This document shows, piece by piece, positions 20,212 through 29,977 of a DNA stretch of 64,000 bases (position 1 is the first letter of the stretch; the number at the start of each line of letters is the position of its first letter). The translations under genes were made by a program, and so were the position numbers. This DNA comes from an uncultured delta proteobacterium. Lineage in GTDB: Bacteria > Desulfobacterota > Binatia > DP-6. The stretch lies in assembly GCA_963815115.1 (NCBI GenBank), contig CAWFFN010000008.1:480001-544000 (forward strand), given 5' to 3'. The notes beneath the pieces are model-generated. The model was not told the DNA's origin and made no database searches. It was given only the letters and a program-made list of their open reading frames with translations.

Positions 20212-21003
20212 ATGGAGTCATCCCCCGCCACCACGCCCGCGCTCGACGCACCGGTCAAGATCGCCGTCCGCGACCTGAGCGTCTACTACGGCACCACCCA
20301 GGCGCTCAGCTCGGTTTCCCTCGACATCCCGGAGGCGCGCGTGACGGCGCTCATCGGCCCCTCGGGGTGCGGCAAGTCGACCTTCCTGCGGTGCCTCAAC
20401 CGCATGAACGACCGCATCCGGGGCGCGCGGATCGAGGGCAGCGTCAGCATCGACGGCGACGACCTCTACGGGACCGACGTCGATCCCGTCGTGCTGCGCC
20501 GTCGCGTCGGCATGGTCTTCCAGAAGTCCAACCCCTTCCCGAAATCGATCTTCGACAACGTCGCCTTCGGGCCGCGGGTCCACGGGATGCGCGACCCGGT
20601 CGCGCTCCGCGAGGTGGTCGAGCGCAGCCTGCACCAGTCCGCGCTCTGGGAGGAGGTCGCCGACCGGCTGGGCTCGTCGGCGCTCGATCTCTCCGGCGGG
20701 CAGCAGCAGCGGCTCTGCATCGCGCGCGCCCTGGCGGTGCAACCCGAGGTGCTCCTGATGGACGAGCCCGCCTCGGCGCTCGATCCGATCGCCACCGCGA
20801 AGATCGAGGAGCTGATCCAGGAGCTCAAGCAGGACTATACAATCGTGATCGTGACGCATAACATGCAGCAGGCGGCTCGCGTGTCGGACTACACCGCGTA
20901 CTTCTATCTCGGTCGTCTCATCGAGTTCGATGCCACGAGCGTCCTCTTCACCAACCCGAACCGGCAGGAGACCGAGGACTACATCACGGGACGGTTCGGC
21001 TGA
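20212..21003 (+). CDS. pstB: Phosphate ABC transporter ATPase
   Basis: [41 protein letters not shown]. Confidence 0.97.
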   Translation: MESSPATTPALDAPVKIAVRDLSVYYGTTQALSSVSLDIPEARVTALIGPSGCGKSTFLRCLNRMNDRIRGARIEGSVSIDGDDLYGTDVDPVVLRRRVGMVFQKSNPFPKSIFDNVAFGPRVHGMRDPVALREVVERSLHQSALWEEVADRLGSSALDLSGGQQQRLCIARALAVQPEVLLMDEPASALDPIATAKIEELIQELKQDYTIVIVTHNMQQAARVSDYTAYFYLGRLIEFDATSVLFTNPNRQETEDYITGRFG

Positions 21004-21686
21004 TGCCGCAGCACACGGATCGCGCGTACGAGAGCCAGCTCGGCAAGCTGCGATCGTGCCTCCTCGAGATGGGCGGCCTCGTCGAGGACCAGATCGCGCA
21101 GGCCATCCGCTCGCTCACCGAGCGGGATCCGGTCCTGGCGCACGCCACCGTCGACCGGGACCACACGGTGAACCGCCTCGACGTGGAGATCGACGAGCTG
21201 TCGATGAGGCTCATTGCCCTGCACCAGCCGGCCGCGCGCGACCTGCGCCTCATCACCACGGCCCTCAAGATCACCACCGACCTCGAGCGCATCGGCGATC
21301 TCGCCACCCACATCGCCGAGCGGGCGATCGAGCTCGCGGCCGAGCCGCCGGTCAAGCCCTACGTCGACATCCCTCAGATGGCGGAGCTCGCCAGCAGCAT
21401 GGTCCATCGCAGCCTGGACGCGTTCGTGCGCGAGGACATCGAGCTGGCGCTCGAGGTGTGCGGCTCGGACGACACCATCGACCGGCTCCACGACCAGCTC
21501 TTCCGCGAGCTGCTCTCGTTCATGGTCGACGACCCGCAGGCCATCAGCCGCACCATGCGGCTGCTCTTCGTCTCCAAGTACCTCGAGCGCATCGGCGACC
21601 ACGCCACCAACATCGCCGAGATGGTGATCTTCCTGGTGAAGGGGACGTCGATCCGCCACATGGACACCGTGCCGCGCGAGCTCTGA
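21003..21686 (+). CDS. phoU: Phosphate signalling protein PhoU
   Basis: QPAARDLR, DLERIGD, YLERIGDHATNIAE. Confidence 0.96.
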   Translation: MPQHTDRAYESQLGKLRSCLLEMGGLVEDQIAQAIRSLTERDPVLAHATVDRDHTVNRLDVEIDELSMRLIALHQPAARDLRLITTALKITTDLERIGDLATHIAERAIELAAEPPVKPYVDIPQMAELASSMVHRSLDAFVREDIELALEVCGSDDTIDRLHDQLFRELLSFMVDDPQAISRTMRLLFVSKYLERIGDHATNIAEMVIFLVKGTSIRHMDTVPREL

Positions 21687-21695
21687 TCCGCGCCG

Positions 21696-23540
21696 CTAGC
21701 GTTTGACCAGGGCGAGCGGGCGGACCTCGACGACGGGAGCGACGGCGGCGGGGAAGAAGACCCGCACCGTCGTACCCTGCCCGAGAGCGCTGGAGATGGC
21801 GAGCGAGCCGCCGTGCGCCTGCACGATGTGCTTGACGATCGCCAGGCCGAGCCCGGTGCCGCCCAGCTCGCGGGAGCGCGCCTTGTCGACGCGGAAGAAG
21901 CGCTCGGTGAGCCGGGGCAGGTCCTGCGCCGGGATGCCGATGCCGGAATCCTCGATGGCAATCTCTACCATGCCGGCGTGCTCGGTGCCGGACGCCAGCA
22001 TGCCGCGCACCAGGACGCGCCCGCCAGCCGGCGTGTACTTGATCGCGTTGTCCACCAGGTTGATCAGGACCTGGCGGAGGCGGTCGCCGTCGGCGTGTAC
22101 CGGCGGCAGCCCGGGCACGACCTGCGCCTCGACCACCACCCCGGCGCGCGCCAGCGGATCGGCGAAGATCTGCAGCACGTCGTCCACCGCGGCCCCCACC
22201 GTCACGGCATTCAACCGCATCGGCGTGCGTCCGAGCTCGAGATCGGACAGGGTGAGGAGGTCGTTGATGAGGCGCCCGAGGCGCTCGGAGTGGCGATCGA
22301 TGACGGCCAGGAAGCGCCTGGCGGTCTCCCGGTCGTCCCCCGCAGCCCCGAGAAGCGTCTCCGCATAGCCCTTGATGGCGGTGAGCGGGGTGCGCAGCTC
22401 GTGCGACACGTTGGCCACGAAGTCGCGCCGGATGACCTCGAGCCGCCGGAGCTCGGTGACGTCGTGCAGCACCAGCACGAAGCCGAAGGCCTCTCCGTCG
22501 GCTCCCCGCAGTCGGGCGGCATTCACCTGCAGCGTCGGGCCCGTGCCGGCGCTGAGCGTGACGTCGCGCGAGGCGATCCCGGCTCCGCCGGCGAGCTCGC
22601 GCATCAGATCCCCCAGCGCCGGGTCGCGGCTGAGCTCGACCAGCGGGCGCCCGCGTGGTGACTCCTCGCCCGGCAGCGCCAGCAGATCCCGGGCGCGGGC
22701 GTTCATGAGGACGACGCCGCCCGTGAGATCCGTCACCAGCACCCCCTCGACCATGCCGCGCAGGATGGCCTCCAGCCGTTCGCGCTCGACGCGGAGCTCG
22801 CCGATCGTGCCGCCGATCTGCCGCGCCATCTCGCCGAGCTGGGCCTCGAGCTCGCCGACGTCGTCCGGCCGTTCCGGTGCGAGGTAGGGCGGAGCCTCAC
22901 CCGCGGCGAGCTTGCCGGCGAAGCCGAGAAGCCGCTGCAGGCGCCGCAGCAGGCGGCGCGCGAGAACCAGCGCGACGCCGGCCGCGACGAGCAGCCCCGC
23001 CAGGAGGCTGGCGGCCAGCACCCAGCGCGTCTGGGTGACGGCGTCCCCGACCGAGATCAGCGGCACCGCCGCGCGCACGACCCGGAGGTCGCCGCCGTGC
23101 GCCTGGCGGATCGCCGCGTAGAGCAAGCGGTCGCCGGACGGCCCGTCCGCGCGCACCGCGTGGCCCCTGCCGGTGGCGAAGGCGTCGCGCACCTCGGGCC
23201 CATCCTCGACCCGAGCGGCCGCTCCGGCGGCGCGGGTCGAGTCGCACAGCATGCGTCCGGCCGCACCGATCACCGCCACGCGCAGGCCGGCGGCGGTAGA
23301 GATGCGCGCGCACGCGTCCTCGAGCTGCGTCCCTTCGACCCATGGAACGGCCTCGCCCACCAGCAGAGCCTCCGTGGCCACGCGCTCCTGCAGCGCCTCG
23401 ATCTGGCGGCGCTCGAGCCGCATCCACAGCCACGGAGCCGCCACCAGCAGGACGCCCGCGAGCGCCGCCAGCGTCGGCACCAGGAACTGGAGGGCGAGCC
23501 TAGGACTCCAGCGCGTCGGGGTTGAACTTGTATCCAACAC
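21696..23540 (-). CDS. phoR: PhoR sensor histidine kinase (TM-HAMP-PAS-HisKA-HATPase)
   Basis: RRDFVANVSHELRTPLT, NLVDNAIKY, ERFFRVDKARSRELGGTGLGL; start uncertain, probably overlapping the 3' end of phoB. Confidence 0.9.
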   Translation of the reverse strand: MLDTSSTPTRWSPRLALQFLVPTLAALAGVLLVAAPWLWMRLERRQIEALQERVATEALLVGEAVPWVEGTQLEDACARISTAAGLRVAVIGAAGRMLCDSTRAAGAAARVEDGPEVRDAFATGRGHAVRADGPSGDRLLYAAIRQAHGGDLRVVRAAVPLISVGDAVTQTRWVLAASLLAGLLVAAGVALVLARRLLRRLQRLLGFAGKLAAGEAPPYLAPERPDDVGELEAQLGEMARQIGGTIGELRVERERLEAILRGMVEGVLVTDLTGGVVLMNARARDLLALPGEESPRGRPLVELSRDPALGDLMRELAGGAGIASRDVTLSAGTGPTLQVNAARLRGADGEAFGFVLVLHDVTELRRLEVIRRDFVANVSHELRTPLTAIKGYAETLLGAAGDDRETARRFLAVIDRHSERLGRLINDLLTLSDLELGRTPMRLNAVTVGAAVDDVLQIFADPLARAGVVVEAQVVPGLPPVHADGDRLRQVLINLVDNAIKYTPAGGRVLVRGMLASGTEHAGMVEIAIEDSGIGIPAQDLPRLTERFFRVDKARSRELGGTGLGLAIVKHIVQAHGGSLAISSALGQGTTVRVFFPAAVAPVVEVRPLALVKR

Positions 23541-24216
23541 CGCGAACCGTGACGATGAGTTCGGGGGCGGCATCATCTCGCTCGATCCGCTTGCGCAGGC
23601 GGCGGATGTGCACGTCGACGGTGCGGGGCTCGACGTGCACGTCCTGGCCCCAGACCAGGTCCAGCAGCTGCAAGCGGTCGTAGACCCGGTACGGGTTCCG
23701 AACGAAGAACTTGAGCAGCTCGAATTCCCGCAACGAGAGGTTGGCGGCCTGGGTCTCGACGAAGACCTCGTACGTGTCGAAGTCCATGCGCAGCCGGCCA
23801 CGCTCGAAGATCTCGTGAGGCTGGGGCACGTCCTCGCCGTGCGTCCGTCGCAGCACCGCCTTCACCCGCGCTACCATCTCGCGGGGACTGAACGGCTTCG
23901 TGATGTAGTCGTCGGCCCCCATCTCGAGGCCGATTACCCGATCGACCTCCGCGGCCCGGGCGGTGAGCATGATGATGGGGATGGCGTGTGTCGCCTCGGT
24001 GCTGCGAAGCCGCCGGCAGACCTCGAGGCCGTCGGTGCCCGGCAACATGATGTCGAGCACGACCAGCGCCGGTCGTTCCCCCGCGACCTGGGCCAATGCG
24101 CTCTCGCCGGTGTCGGCTTCCCGAACGGTGTAGCCTTCCTGTTCTAGATGGAAGTGGACGAGCTCGCGGATGTCCTTCTCGTCCTCGACCACGAGGATCG
24201 TTCGCTTGAGTGACAC
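23500..24216 (-). CDS. phoB: PhoB OmpR-family response regulator
   Basis: ILVVEDE, LDIMLPG, GADDYITKPF, RTVDVHIRRLR, VRGVGY; GTG at 24216. Confidence 0.92.
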   Translation of the reverse strand: MSLKRTILVVEDEKDIRELVHFHLEQEGYTVREADTGESALAQVAGERPALVVLDIMLPGTDGLEVCRRLRSTEATHAIPIIMLTARAAEVDRVIGLEMGADDYITKPFSPREMVARVKAVLRRTHGEDVPQPHEIFERGRLRMDFDTYEVFVETQAANLSLREFELLKFFVRNPYRVYDRLQLLDLVWGQDVHVEPRTVDVHIRRLRKRIERDDAAPELIVTVRGVGYKFNPDALES

Positions 24217-24250
24217 GGATGGCTCTTCGGCAGCGATCGTATCGCCGTGC

Positions 24251-24280
24251 TGTGACGTTGGCGTTACCGCGACGTGAACT
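24251..24280 (-). promoter_or_regulatory. Candidate Pho box upstream of phoB
   Basis: Minus strand GTTCAC-gtcgc-GGTAAC-gccaa-CGTCAC: three half-sites with 11-bp period. Confidence 0.65.
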
Positions 24281-24431
24281 TCGGCAGGCGGTGGCCGGCC
24301 AGCACATTGGCCATGCCGGTCCGCCCGCTCGGCCCGACTCCTAACCGGCCCGCGGCCCCTCGGCAACCATGAACCCCGGCCAAGTCCGTGGATGCCTTGA
24401 CTGCCGCCGCACCGTTGGGGAATGAGGGACC

Positions 24432-25181
24432 ATGCCACGGAGGGGTGAGGACGCGGACACCTCGGGCGAGGGTACCTCCTGGATCGTGCTGAGGCACACT
24501 CCGGCTGAAGGCCTGGGGTTGCTGGCCAACGCGCTCCGGGACTACGGGGTCCACCACCGCGTACTCGACGTCCCGCGCGGCGACGCACTGCCGAAGGACA
24601 TCCGGGGCGTGGGTGGGGTGATCGTGCTCGGCGGTCCGATGGCCGTCTACGAGAGCGAGCGCTATCCCTTCCTGCAGGCCGAGACCGCGTTCGTCGAAAA
24701 GATGATCGCCGCCGGCCGGCCGGCGCTGGGCCTATGCCTCGGTGCCCAGCTCATCGCGCAGATCCTCGGTGCCCGGGTCTTCCCGGGCGAGCAGCGTGAG
24801 GTGGGATGGGCGCCGGTCGAGCTCACGGAGGAGGGGCGCGACGATCCGCTCCTGGTCGGCCTCGGCGATACGCTCACCGTGTTTCATCTCCACGGCGACA
24901 CCTACGAGCTGCCGCCCGACGCCATTCATCTCGCGCGCTCGGAGCGCTACGAGCAGCAGGCGTTCCGCCTGGGCGACACGGTCTATGGCTTCCAGTTTCA
25001 TCTCGAGTTCACCGAGGCGATCATCTCGCGGCTCGTCAACGAGCCGGAGGCGCACCGCTACCTCACCGAGGCGGGCGTCGACCCGAAGGAACTTCTGGCG
25101 AAGACGGCGGCGCACGTCTCGGAGCTGGCTGACGTGGCCCACGAGGTCTTCGGCCGCTACTTCGGCCAGTGCGGTCTCTAG
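24432..25181 (+). CDS. Class I glutamine amidotransferase-like protein
   Basis: VLGGPM, GLCLGAQL nucleophile elbow, HGD, GFQFHLE. Confidence 0.9.
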   Translation: MPRRGEDADTSGEGTSWIVLRHTPAEGLGLLANALRDYGVHHRVLDVPRGDALPKDIRGVGGVIVLGGPMAVYESERYPFLQAETAFVEKMIAAGRPALGLCLGAQLIAQILGARVFPGEQREVGWAPVELTEEGRDDPLLVGLGDTLTVFHLHGDTYELPPDAIHLARSERYEQQAFRLGDTVYGFQFHLEFTEAIISRLVNEPEAHRYLTEAGVDPKELLAKTAAHVSELADVAHEVFGRYFGQCGL

Positions 25182-26689
25182 CGGGCTCCGGCGCGCTCGT
25201 ACTGGTGGCGCCGCACGGCGGCCGGCGTGACTACGACCGGCGCCCGTGGGGAAGCGCGCCCCTCAAGGTGAACGACCTCCACACGGCGTCGCTCACCGAG
25301 GAGCTGGCGGCCGCCTCGGGAGCCTCGGCGCTCATCAACGACGACCTCGACCGCAACGACACCGATTTGAACCGCCTCGGCGAGGCGCACGAGCGCGCCC
25401 CCGAGTTCCTCCAGCAGCTCGGCGACCTGCTCTCCGCCACGATCGCGCGCCACGGGCACGCTACCGTCCTCACGGTTCACGGCTGGAACGTGATCCAGCC
25501 CGTGGTGGATCTGGGTTTCGGCTGCACGGCGGGGACGCCGGTCGGGAAAGCGGCGGCGGTGTCACCGGCGTTCGCGGCCCTGGCGCTCCCCGCGTTCGTG
25601 GACGCCTGTTCCGTGCGCGGCATCGCGGCCACGCTCGGCGCGCGCTATCCCGCCAGGGGGCGTGAGAACCTGATCCAGCTCTTCACCCCGCGCTACCGCG
25701 ACGACCCTCGGGCGCTGGTCCGCCACCTCGCCGCACTCGGCACGCGCACCAACGCGGTACAGCTCGAGCTCGGCGTCCCGCTCCGCTGGCGGGGTAGATG
25801 GCGGCAACGGCTGATCGAGGCCTGCATGGCCACGCTGCCGGCGCTTGTCGCGGAACCCGGGCCGGCCACCGCGAACCCGTCTTCGATCGTGCCCCACGCG
25901 GCCAAGCCGCGCCGGTACACCCTCGAGATCACCGCCGATGGTACGAGCGGGCTCATCGCGCTCGACGCGGCCGGCGCTCGGCTCCTGCTGTTTCCCCCCG
26001 AGGGCGGTCTGGCGCTCTTCACGGGCGAGCGCACGGGGGGAGAGGACTCGGCACGGGTCGGCGGCTTGCGCATCGTTGCGGGAGCACCCGGTGCCCTGCA
26101 GGTGCGCTTCACCGGACCCATGCTCCGGTTCCCGGACACGACGCCGTTCCTCGATCTGGAGCGCGGCATGGCCGGTGCGGCGCTCGTCGAGCACGCCGAC
26201 GTGGCGCTCGACTTCCTCGCCGTCCATGCCGGCGGGAGCGACGTGGCGGAGTTCGGCGTCGTGCGCGGGCGGGCCACGCTGGACGGCCGCACGCTGCATC
26301 TCGACGGCCGTGGCTTCGCGTCGGCCGGCGCGAGCGCCGCCCCGTGGCCGCGCGTACGCGCGAGCCTCGACCTCGGGGGCGGCGACCGGCTGTCGGTTCT
26401 GCTCGACCTGGCCACGTCCGATGCCAGCGGCTTCCTCTGTCGCGCCGGCCAGCACCTTCCCGTCGTGAGCGCGAGCGCACGGCTCGGCGATGGCGAGGAT
26501 CCGCTCTCCGGCTTCGCGCTCGACGTCGAGGTCGCGGGCGGCGAGCGCCTGGCCCTCCGACCGGAGCCGGTACGTCGCCTTCCCGTCGTCCGCGGCGGGG
26601 CGCCCGTCCCCATCCGGCTGCTCTACGCCTCGTGCCGCCTCCCGGGCGTCGCCGGGCCTGCGGGGTGGTGCGAGATCGGGGGAATCTGA
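25169..26689 (+). CDS. Hypothetical protein: N-terminal Zn-hydrolase-like domain (poly-gamma-glutamate hydrolase/N-formylglutamate amidohydrolase-like) plus C-terminal beta-rich domain
   Basis: VAPHGG, ND.HT, TVHG and AVQLEL...LR motifs; start uncertain. Confidence 0.55.
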   Translation: MRSLAGSGALVLVAPHGGRRDYDRRPWGSAPLKVNDLHTASLTEELAAASGASALINDDLDRNDTDLNRLGEAHERAPEFLQQLGDLLSATIARHGHATVLTVHGWNVIQPVVDLGFGCTAGTPVGKAAAVSPAFAALALPAFVDACSVRGIAATLGARYPARGRENLIQLFTPRYRDDPRALVRHLAALGTRTNAVQLELGVPLRWRGRWRQRLIEACMATLPALVAEPGPATANPSSIVPHAAKPRRYTLEITADGTSGLIALDAAGARLLLFPPEGGLALFTGERTGGEDSARVGGLRIVAGAPGALQVRFTGPMLRFPDTTPFLDLERGMAGAALVEHADVALDFLAVHAGGSDVAEFGVVRGRATLDGRTLHLDGRGFASAGASAAPWPRVRASLDLGGGDRLSVLLDLATSDASGFLCRAGQHLPVVSASARLGDGEDPLSGFALDVEVAGGERLALRPEPVRRLPVVRGGAPVPIRLLYASCRLPGVAGPAGWCEIGGI

Positions 26690-26781
26690 CCGGCGGGGCA
26701 GCGCTCGTGCACGGCTGCCATGGTCGTGCACCTCCGCTTCCGGGCGGTCTCACAAGCTCTCGGTATCCCTGGGGCTTTACC

Positions 26782-26797
26782 GGGCACCCCCATTGCT
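26782..26797 (+). promoter_or_regulatory. Candidate sigma54 -24/-12 promoter
   Basis: GGGCAC-cccca-TTGCT (GG-N10-GC) just upstream of the 26810 gene. Confidence 0.6.
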
Positions 26798-26809
26798 CGT
26801 AAGTAACCC

Positions 26810-29800
26810 GTGGTGCACCGCTGCTCGCCGGTTCCCGCTCGTCCCCCGCTCCTGGCCGCCCTCCTCTGCGCAGTCCTCGCCGCGCCCGCCGGCGCCGCGT
26901 CCAAGGCGACCGTCGCCTACCTGGGGCAGGCCGTCCCGGGCGGTGGGGTCTTTGCCGGCCCGAGCTTCGTCGGTGAGCCGTCGGCGGCCGGCAACGGCTG
27001 GATCGCCTTCCGCGCCCAGGTGGTGGGCAGCACCACCGAGCAGGTCGTGGTCGCCAACCTGGCGACCCATGAGCGCAACGTGGTGGCGAGCGTCGGCGGC
27101 ATCGTCAGCAAGGACATCGGCAAGGTGAAGCAGCTCCTCGGCCGGCCGACGGTCAACGCACGCGGTGATGTCGCGTTCGCCGCCGTCATCACGCCGCCCG
27201 ACGATGTGAAGATCGACCCGACGGCGCCCACGCCGGCGGGAATCTTCCTCTACAGCAAGGGCACCCTCACGGCCGTCGCGGCCTCCGGGCTCGACATTCC
27301 GGGCCTCGGCGTCCTCGACATCACGACGCAGATCAACTTCAACGCCGATCTGAGCTCCATCGACATCGCCGAGCGCACGCCGGCCCTGAACGACAACGGC
27401 GACGTCGCCTTCGTCTCCGCCACGCAGACGAGCACCAGCTCCGGCGGCGCCGTGTTCGTGCGCCGGGCGGGACAGTCCATGATCACGCCGGTCATCAAGC
27501 TTGGTGATGCCTACGGCGCGGGAACCTTCCAGGTGCTCGGGCCGCCGGCCCTGAACAACTCCGGCACGCTCGCGTTCCACGGGTTCGTCGATGGGGGAGA
27601 GACCCTCGATGGGATCTTCGAGCTCCAGGGTGGAGCGCTGTCTCTTCTGATCCGGGACGGCGCATTGCCCGATCAGTTCCCGGCAACGTTCAGGGCCGAT
27701 CCGCTCGCGGAGTTCGACGATGTGGTCGCGCTCAACGACGCCGGCGACGTCGCCTTCACCGCCGGCCCGCTGTTCGACAACTCGATCGACTCGAGCTTCA
27801 GCGACACGGGCAGCTCGGGGGTCATCGTGATCCACGCCGGCGCGCCTCTCCTGGTCGGATTCCCGGGCGAGCCCGTCGGCGGTCCCGCGGCGGCCATCGC
27901 CAAGATCGCGGCCCTGAACCTGGGACCGGACCAGGGCTCGCGCGTTGCGCCGCCGAGCTTGATGCCGGACGGCAAGGTCGTCTTCTTCGCGCAGATCAAC
28001 GGCGGCAGCGCCCAGATGATCCTGCGCGCCGACCCCGTGACACAGACCCTCACACCGCTGGTCACCTTGGGGGGCACCGCGCCGAGCACGACACCGGCTG
28101 GCGGCACGTACGAGGCCGCGACCTCCGCACCTGCGGTCGACGCCGCGGGCGCCATCACCTTCAGTGCGCGTATCGACGGTGCGACGACCAGCGAAGCCCT
28201 GATCTGGGATCCGCCCGGCGGCGCCGCCCAGGCCATCCTGATCGGCGACGCGGTTCCAGAGCCCTCCAGCGGCTTCTTCGGCGGCCCGCCGTTCTTCCCA
28301 CCCAAGCTGAACGACGCCGGAGACGTGGTCTTCAAGAGCTACGTGGCGAAGGGCCCGGGGCTGGGCATCTTCCGCTACCGGCAGGGCGCGCTGCAGGCGC
28401 TGGTGCGGATCCAGGACGCCGCCCCGCTGCCGCCGGCAGAAGGTGCGGCACTCCCGCCGCGCTTCACGAACCTGGTGGGCGATCCGAGCCTCAACGCCCA
28501 CGGTGACATCGCGTTCGCCGCGACCGTCGAGGGAAAGGGCCGCGGAGTCTTCGCCACCACCGACGGCACGGTGCGTGCCATCGCCATGCCGCTCGACAGT
28601 CTGCTGCCGGAAGATCCGGCGCGCCCCGCGGCCTTCTTCCGCACGATCGCAGCCAACCCGGCGCTCGCGGACTCGGGCGCCGTCGCGTTCCGCGGCACCA
28701 TCCAGTACTGCAACCCGATCGATTGTACCGACGCTTCTCTCGACATCAGGGAGAGTGACGTGTTTCTGGCCGACCGGTCCGGCATCCACGTCATCGCTGC
28801 GCAGGGTCGCGATTCCGGCGTCGGCGGCCAGCCGTTCTTCGCCTTCCACGATCCCTCGATCATGGGCGACCAGATCGCCTTCCGCGCCAGCGTGGGACGG
28901 TTCCAGCCCAGCCGGAATGGCCTCTTCCTGGTCGACCCCATCGGCGTGCGGCCAGTCGCCGCGGAGCAGCAGGATCTGGGTGGCATGACCGTCAGCAGCC
29001 TCTCCGGCCAGCCGGACTTCGACGGAGCCGGCGACGTGTTCTTCTCGGCCAAGGTCATGCTCCCGGACACGACCAGCCGCGGCGTGATCCTTCGCCTCGC
29101 GCCAGGTGGCTTCCAGACGATCGCGCAGACCGGTATCCCCGGTCCGGAAGGCGGCCGGCTCCGCAGCCTCGCCCGACTGAGCACGAGCAGCAACGGGCAC
29201 GTCGCCTTCCGCGCCAACTTCGAGGCCCTCAGCGGCGGCATCTCCGCCCTCCTCCTCGCCGGCGATTCGAAGCTGCGCTCCTTTCTCCGCATCGGGGAAG
29301 GCGGTGGCCCCGACGTCGATGGGCGAATCACGAGCTTCAACCAGAACGTGTCGCTGAACGCGTCCGATCAGGTCGCCCTGCTCGCCACCGTCGGGGGGGC
29401 CAAGGAGGACCGGCAGAGCGCGATCTTCCTCGCCGCACCGTCGTCGCTCACGGTGCACAACCTCACCATCAAGCGTGGCAAGGGCAGCCTCTCCGACATC
29501 CTGAGCGGAAAGCCGCGGGACGGGGTCCGGTTCTCGGCCGTGCTCCGGCCGGGCAATCTGCCGAAGTCGACGGATACGAAGAAGAGCAAGTTCGGCCGGC
29601 AGCTGGTCGCCGTGGCGGTCGCCGACACCAAGGGCACCCTCTGGTCGGCCGTGCTCCCCCCGAAGCAGGTCGCGCTGCGCGGTCAGACGCTGGTCGTCAA
29701 GGGCGAGGGTCGCAAGCGCGTCCGCGCGCTGCGGGTTCGCCTCGGGAAGGACGGCACGATCCGCCTCGCCGTACGCTCGGTTCCCATCGATCTGGCCTCT

Positions 29801-29944
29801 ACCGCCGGCGGGCTGCATCGCACCGACAGCAACGGATCGATCATCCTCGAGCCGCCGCTGAGCGTGCGCGTCGACGTCGGCGGGACCGGCGGATCGGCGG
29901 TGCCCTGCGTTCTCCAGGGGCAACGCTACGTCTGCGGCGGCTGA
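26810..29944 (+). CDS. Large secreted protein with tandem NxxGxxAF repeats (beta-propeller-like)
   Basis: Signal peptide, then many P.(L/V)N..G.(V/I)AF repeats (NARGDVAF, NDNGDVAF, NNSGTLAF, NDAGDVAF, NAHGDIAF) and a basic C-terminal domain. Confidence 0.8.
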   Translation: MVHRCSPVPARPPLLAALLCAVLAAPAGAASKATVAYLGQAVPGGGVFAGPSFVGEPSAAGNGWIAFRAQVVGSTTEQVVVANLATHERNVVASVGGIVSKDIGKVKQLLGRPTVNARGDVAFAAVITPPDDVKIDPTAPTPAGIFLYSKGTLTAVAASGLDIPGLGVLDITTQINFNADLSSIDIAERTPALNDNGDVAFVSATQTSTSSGGAVFVRRAGQSMITPVIKLGDAYGAGTFQVLGPPALNNSGTLAFHGFVDGGETLDGIFELQGGALSLLIRDGALPDQFPATFRADPLAEFDDVVALNDAGDVAFTAGPLFDNSIDSSFSDTGSSGVIVIHAGAPLLVGFPGEPVGGPAAAIAKIAALNLGPDQGSRVAPPSLMPDGKVVFFAQINGGSAQMILRADPVTQTLTPLVTLGGTAPSTTPAGGTYEAATSAPAVDAAGAITFSARIDGATTSEALIWDPPGGAAQAILIGDAVPEPSSGFFGGPPFFPPKLNDAGDVVFKSYVAKGPGLGIFRYRQGALQALVRIQDAAPLPPAEGAALPPRFTNLVGDPSLNAHGDIAFAATVEGKGRGVFATTDGTVRAIAMPLDSLLPEDPARPAAFFRTIAANPALADSGAVAFRGTIQYCNPIDCTDASLDIRESDVFLADRSGIHVIAAQGRDSGVGGQPFFAFHDPSIMGDQIAFRASVGRFQPSRNGLFLVDPIGVRPVAAEQQDLGGMTVSSLSGQPDFDGAGDVFFSAKVMLPDTTSRGVILRLAPGGFQTIAQTGIPGPEGGRLRSLARLSTSSNGHVAFRANFEALSGGISALLLAGDSKLRSFLRIGEGGGPDVDGRITSFNQNVSLNASDQVALLATVGGAKEDRQSAIFLAAPSSLTVHNLTIKRGKGSLSDILSGKPRDGVRFSAVLRPGNLPKSTDTKKSKFGRQLVAVAVADTKGTLWSAVLPPKQVALRGQTLVVKGEGRKRVRALRVRLGKDGTIRLAVRSVPIDLASTAGGLHRTDSNGSIILEPPLSVRVDVGGTGGSAVPCVLQGQRYVCGG

Positions 29945-29977
29945 ACGCCGCCGCGGCGTCCAGCCGGGAAGACGCGC

